From Felis catus (Eukaryota), in NCBI RefSeq assembly GCF_018350175.1, contig NC_058368.1, forward strand, positions 117,554,001 through 117,618,000: 64,000 nt of DNA. The letters are read 5' to 3'. The notes below the pieces were generated by a model. It did not search any database. It was not told the DNA's origin and was given only the letters and a program-made list of their open reading frames with translations. The first letter of the stretch is position 1, and each line of letters starts with the position of its first letter. The position numbers and the translations under genes were made by a program. Positions 59,954-64,000 of this stretch are shown here, in pieces.

Positions 59954-60289
59954 AAGCAGAGTTTCCTTATACAAAACTGGCTCCAGAAATATTAATTCTT
60001 AGTCACATTCTGGAAAAGTGGGGAGTCCGATAGGCCAAGATGCCCGTCAAGCCTGTTGCCTTCAGCTGAACAGTCTCTGTCCCCTTCAATCCCAGTGCTA
60101 TCCCTGTGTGATTCCATTGGGCATCTTAACATGGCCCAGGAGAAGGGGGGCATGGTGTCACTCTGGCAGGTGAGGAAGGGAAAGACTGGTGATATTCAGA
60201 GGCCCGAGCTCAAAACAGTTTGGAACATCTGCTCCAACCTTTTGTGCCCCTTTCCCTACTCTGCTCTCCTTTCTCCAAACCCTCCAGCT

Positions 60290-60640
60290 TCATTTCAATT
60301 TTATTGAACATCTGCTGTGTACCAGGCACTATGCCAGGCACGGGTGGTGCAGTAAAGAACAGAGAGAAAGGCAGTCCCTAACCAATTGGAACTCTCAGTT
60401 GAATGGGGTCACAAACTATGCAAATACAATCACACAAATAATCAGTTAATTATAGTTGCAATAGGTGCATCCAAGGAAAATGCCAGAGAGTAATGAGAGT
60501 GGATAATGAGGGAACTTAACTTCCCTTGTTAGTCTAGGGGAAAAGGGAGCCAGCGGAGAAAGCCAGATGAGACCTGAGGAATAAGAATCAGCTTTGGCTA
60601 AAGGAGGGGGAAGTGCCCTGGGCAGAGTGACTTCCTGCCA
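60290..60640 (-). mobile_element. L2 3' end
   Basis: tttattgaacatctgctgtgtaccaggcactatgccaggcac. Confidence 0.7.
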
Positions 60641-60842
60641 AAATGTTACATGATAACCTTATGGTGTGTTGTCTTGACCAGAGGTATTTGATTTTTAACT
60701 GGGGATTCCCATAGGGATAAATATTTAATGGTGGGATTTTTGAGAGGCATGTGACCACCTGATAGGGTCAGGAGGCCTTCTCAGCAGCATTCAGACCAAA
60801 CCATGAGGCCAGGAGGGCTAGCTCCGGGTATGTAGCATGCAT

Positions 60843-60903
60843 GAGTGTGAGTGTGAGTGTGAGTTTGTGTGTGTGTGTGTGTGTGTGTGTTTGTGTGTGT
60901 GTG
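60843..60903. repeat. Compound (GAGTGT)n(TG)n microsatellite
   Basis: Direct read. Confidence 0.85.
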
Positions 60904-61936
60904 TAGGAGTATAATTGCATGCTTGTGATTGTGAATGCTGGTGCAGGTATGTATGGATAAATGCAAAGCTGTAACTAATAATTTTGACATCGGGGCCAAG
61001 TAGCAGAAACGTATCTTTAAATCCAGTGATACTCCAGCTCTTGATGGAATTGGGGGAGAGCCGAGAAGGAAGACTGTTCCCCCATGTGCACACAGGAGCC
61101 CCAACAGTTTGGTTCCTTGCCCATGACTTGGGACATCACAGATCACCCATCTCTGCCAGTGTCTGGGACAAAATAGGCAGCCTTGCTAGGGAAGCATTGG
61201 TGTTGACGGTGAGGGAGGAGGAGAGGGTTTTAATTTGCCTAGGCTTTTGAAAGTCACTATTTAAAATGTTGGCACCCTATGTATTCTTGTTCCTGGGTTC
61301 CTGGCAAGCATACCTTTATTGAGACTTTGAATGTATATGTGCATAAATATGTGTGTGAATGTTGATTGTATGTGCTTATGTGTGTATATGTATATAATGT
61401 GTGTGTATATGAATAGGTGTTTGGGGACTACAGTATAAATTGTGATAACTAAAAGCCCCTGTGTGGTTGGGGCCAGCAGACATGTTCCTGTGCACCTTCC
61501 TTCCCACTATGCCTGTCTCCACAGGGGCTAGGATTATCTGCTGGTCAGGGCTGAGTACCTTCATATTAACAACAGTCTGAAGATGTACTGACCGCAACAA
61601 GGCAAACAGAAATAATATGCTCACATTCACCTCCATTCCATAAAGCAAGTGGAACCTGGGCCCACTGCAGTGAATGAGCTTCAATAATTCATCCCAGCTG
61701 CCAATGTGATATTGATATAAAGCTAATTTAACACTGGGGGAGCCAGGGGAGGTAAGGAGCAATTATGCCTTCACCTGCAGCATAGTCGCTGCTAACTCTC
61801 TGGTGCCACAGTGAAAAGCAGAATCCCAGAGTAGGAAATGGGCTGGAGAGGTCACTTGCCCTTTTCTTTCTTTGCAGGCAGTTGACCTTCTGAGGCTGTT
61901 AGGATGATGTTCTGTTTTCTTCTTGATGATATTCTT

Positions 61937-62044
61937 TTCTTTTTAAAGATTTTAAGCAATCTCTACACCCAACATGGGGCTTAAATGTACAACCCCGAGG
62001 TCAAGAGTCACACGTTATTCCAACTGAGTGAGCCAGCCAAGCGC
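61937..62044 (-). mobile_element. Short tRNA-derived SINE (SINEC_old-like)
   Basis: aatctctacacccaacatggggc...gagccagcca; TSD atgatattctt at 61926 and 62046. Confidence 0.8.
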
Positions 62045-62448
62045 AATGATATTCTTGAAAAGAGACTTTCTCATCCCCATCTCAGCATTCAAACCTGCCA
62101 ATGGGGAAGGAGATGCTTCTTAGATCAGACTAAGGTCTCTTCTGTATTTCCTTCCAAGGAATTAAAACCTCTGGCACTTTCTATGGGGTATAAGATTTTT
62201 TCCAGAGAGAGAAGGAATCTATAGTTAATATCTTAAATGACATCTCACAACCCACTTGCTTTTCTTTCTCAAAATAAAAATAGCTCATTTAACGTCCCCA
62301 AAATATTTGAGTTCCTATCTTTCCTTATTTATTCAATAAATGCTTTGTAAGCACCTGCTGGTACTAGGTGAACTGAATAGTTTGGAATCTTGCCTACATG
62401 GGTTGACAGTTTAGTGGCAGAGAGAGAGAGATTTAACAAATACACAAA

Positions 62449-62647
62449 GGCCCCTGGGTGGCCCAGTCAGTTAAGTGCCCTACTCTTGATTTTGGTTCAG
62501 GCCATGACCCCAGGGTCATGGGATTGAGCTCCAAGTTGGGCTCCATGCTAGGCATGGAGCCTGCTTGGAATTCACTCTCTTCCTCTTTCTCTTCTCCTCC
62601 CTTGCTCTCTGTCTCTCTCTCTCAAAATAAATAAATCAATTTAAAAA
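62449..62647 (+). mobile_element. CanSINE
   Basis: Head, CT-rich tract, A-tail; TSD aaatacacaaa at 62438 and 62648. Confidence 0.9.
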
Positions 62648-62861
62648 AAATACACAAATAAGTATATAACTGCAAATTGTTCTCATTGCTACTTATTTTT
62701 ATTTCTGCATTAATTCAACCATCAATTCAAAGGGAGAGAATAACAACAAGGAAAACTTTAGAATGGGAAGACCTCTCTGGGCCCTAAAGAATGAATAGCT
62801 TGGGAAGAATGTGGAAAGACTGGACCAGGGGCCGGAAAAGGCACATGTTTGATGTTTTACT

Positions 62862-63074
62862 TCTTTTTTTGTGTGTGTATGCTTATTTTTGAGAGAGAGA
62901 GAGCGTGACTGGGGGGAGAGGCAGGGAGAGAGAGGAATACCGAGGACCCAAAGCAGGCTCTGTGCTGACAGCAGAAAGCCCAATACAGGGTTCAAATTCA
63001 GGAAGGAACCATGAGATCATGACCTGAGCCAAACAAAGTCAGATGCTCAACCGACTGAGCCACCCAGGTGCCCC
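62862..63074 (-). mobile_element. CanSINE
   Basis: Reverse head ccgactgagccacccaggtgcccc; TSD tgatgtttt. Confidence 0.9.
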
Positions 63075-63149
63075 TGATGTTTTGCTTTTTGTTGCAAGGA
63101 GATGATTAAAGTTTACCGGGGCCTGGGGGGACAAAAGAAATTGGAAAAG

Positions 63150-63362
63150 AAAGATCTGAGTTCAAATTCTGCCTTTGCCACCTGATAGATGGGTTGCCTT
63201 GGGCAAGTTACGTCTCTCCTTCAAGTCTCAGTTACCTCATCTATAAAATGGAAATGATAATGTTTCCCACTTTATAGGACTGTTGTGAAAAATTAGTTAA
63301 ATAATGTTCTAAAATGCTTACCAGTGCTTGGCATATGGTGTCAATAAATTACTATTATTGCT
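63150..63362 (+). mobile_element. MIR
   Basis: gagttcaaattctgcctttgcc...ttgggcaagttac...tctataaaatgg. Confidence 0.8.
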
Positions 63363-63363
63363 A

Positions 63364-64000
63364 TTTCAACAAGACTGACAAGACCACCCAATGGGAAAAG
63401 AATAGTTTCTTCAACAAATAGTGCTGGACAAATGGGTATCCACATACCAAAACAAACAAAAAAACAAAGCAAAAAAAAACAAAAAACAAAAAACAAAAAA
63501 ATGAAGTTGGATCCCTACCTCACACTATATACAAAAATTAACTCCATAACTCCATGTGGATTGAAGACCTAAATGTAAGAGCTAAAACTATAAAACTCTT
63601 AGAATAAAATATGAAAGCAAATCTTTATAACCTTGGGTTTGGCAATGGCTTCTTAAAAGTGACACCAAAAGCACAAGCAACAGAAGAAAAAATGGATAAA
63701 TTGGACTTCACCAAAATCAAAAACTTTTGTGCATCAAAGGACGCCATCAAAAAAGTGAAAAGACATTTTTCTCTCCCTTCTTTTCTTTCTTTCTTTCTTC
63801 CCAAATCATATACCCAATAAGATTCTCATATACAGAATATATGAAAAACTCTTACAACTCAATGACAAAAAGATAATACAATTTAAAAATGGGCAAAGGA
63901 CTTGAATAGACATTTCTCCAAAGAAGATATACAAATGGCCAATAAGTACATGAAAACATGCTAAGCGTCATTAGTCATTAAAGAAATGCAAATTAGAAAT
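63364..64000 (+). mobile_element. Degenerate L1 ORF2 C-terminal fragment (runs off the window)
   Basis: ORF 63611..63820 LGFGNGFLKVTPKAQATEEKMDKLDFTKIKNFCASKDAIKKVKR is L1 ORF2p-like; flanking DNA (ctcacactatatacaaaaattaactc, gacatttctccaaagaagatatacaaatggcc) is L1; the frame is disrupted. Confidence 0.93.

Noticed and set aside
63611..63820. 69-aa ORF as a host gene
   Set aside because: Remnant of L1 ORF2 with disrupted flanks.

Overview
Mammalian genomic DNA, almost certainly a felid: it carries Felis-type tRNA-derived CanSINEs plus ancient MIR, L2, MaLR and L1 repeats. The only protein-coding gene I can support is protocadherin-1 (PCDH1), complete on the minus strand. Its coding exons are 50120-50159, 41016-41878, 35550-37745, 30117-30336 and 27485-27879, all with GT-AG introns and matching phases, giving a 1237-aa long isoform. 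Read-through of the exon-3 donor to TGA at 35466 gives a 1060-aa short isoform with its own AATAAA at 34911. There are three CpG islands (promoter, intron 1, 3' end); the rest is intergenic or repeat DNA. Best leads: (i) a 39-nt cassette microexon in intron 4 with a stop predicted to escape NMD, giving a third C-terminus (...EPAGRSRP*); (ii) the EC1 hantavirus-receptor surface keeps F83/D85 but has nearby substitutions; (iii) a distal poly(A) site inside a 3' CpG island; (iv) recurring RFX X-boxes, an Oct/Sox element and three cryptic degenerate tandem arrays; (v) nested SINE insertions. I see no CRISPR, prokaryote-like system or clearly new biological system. Repeat boundaries and subfamily names are by eye and approximate; comparisons with human are from memory.
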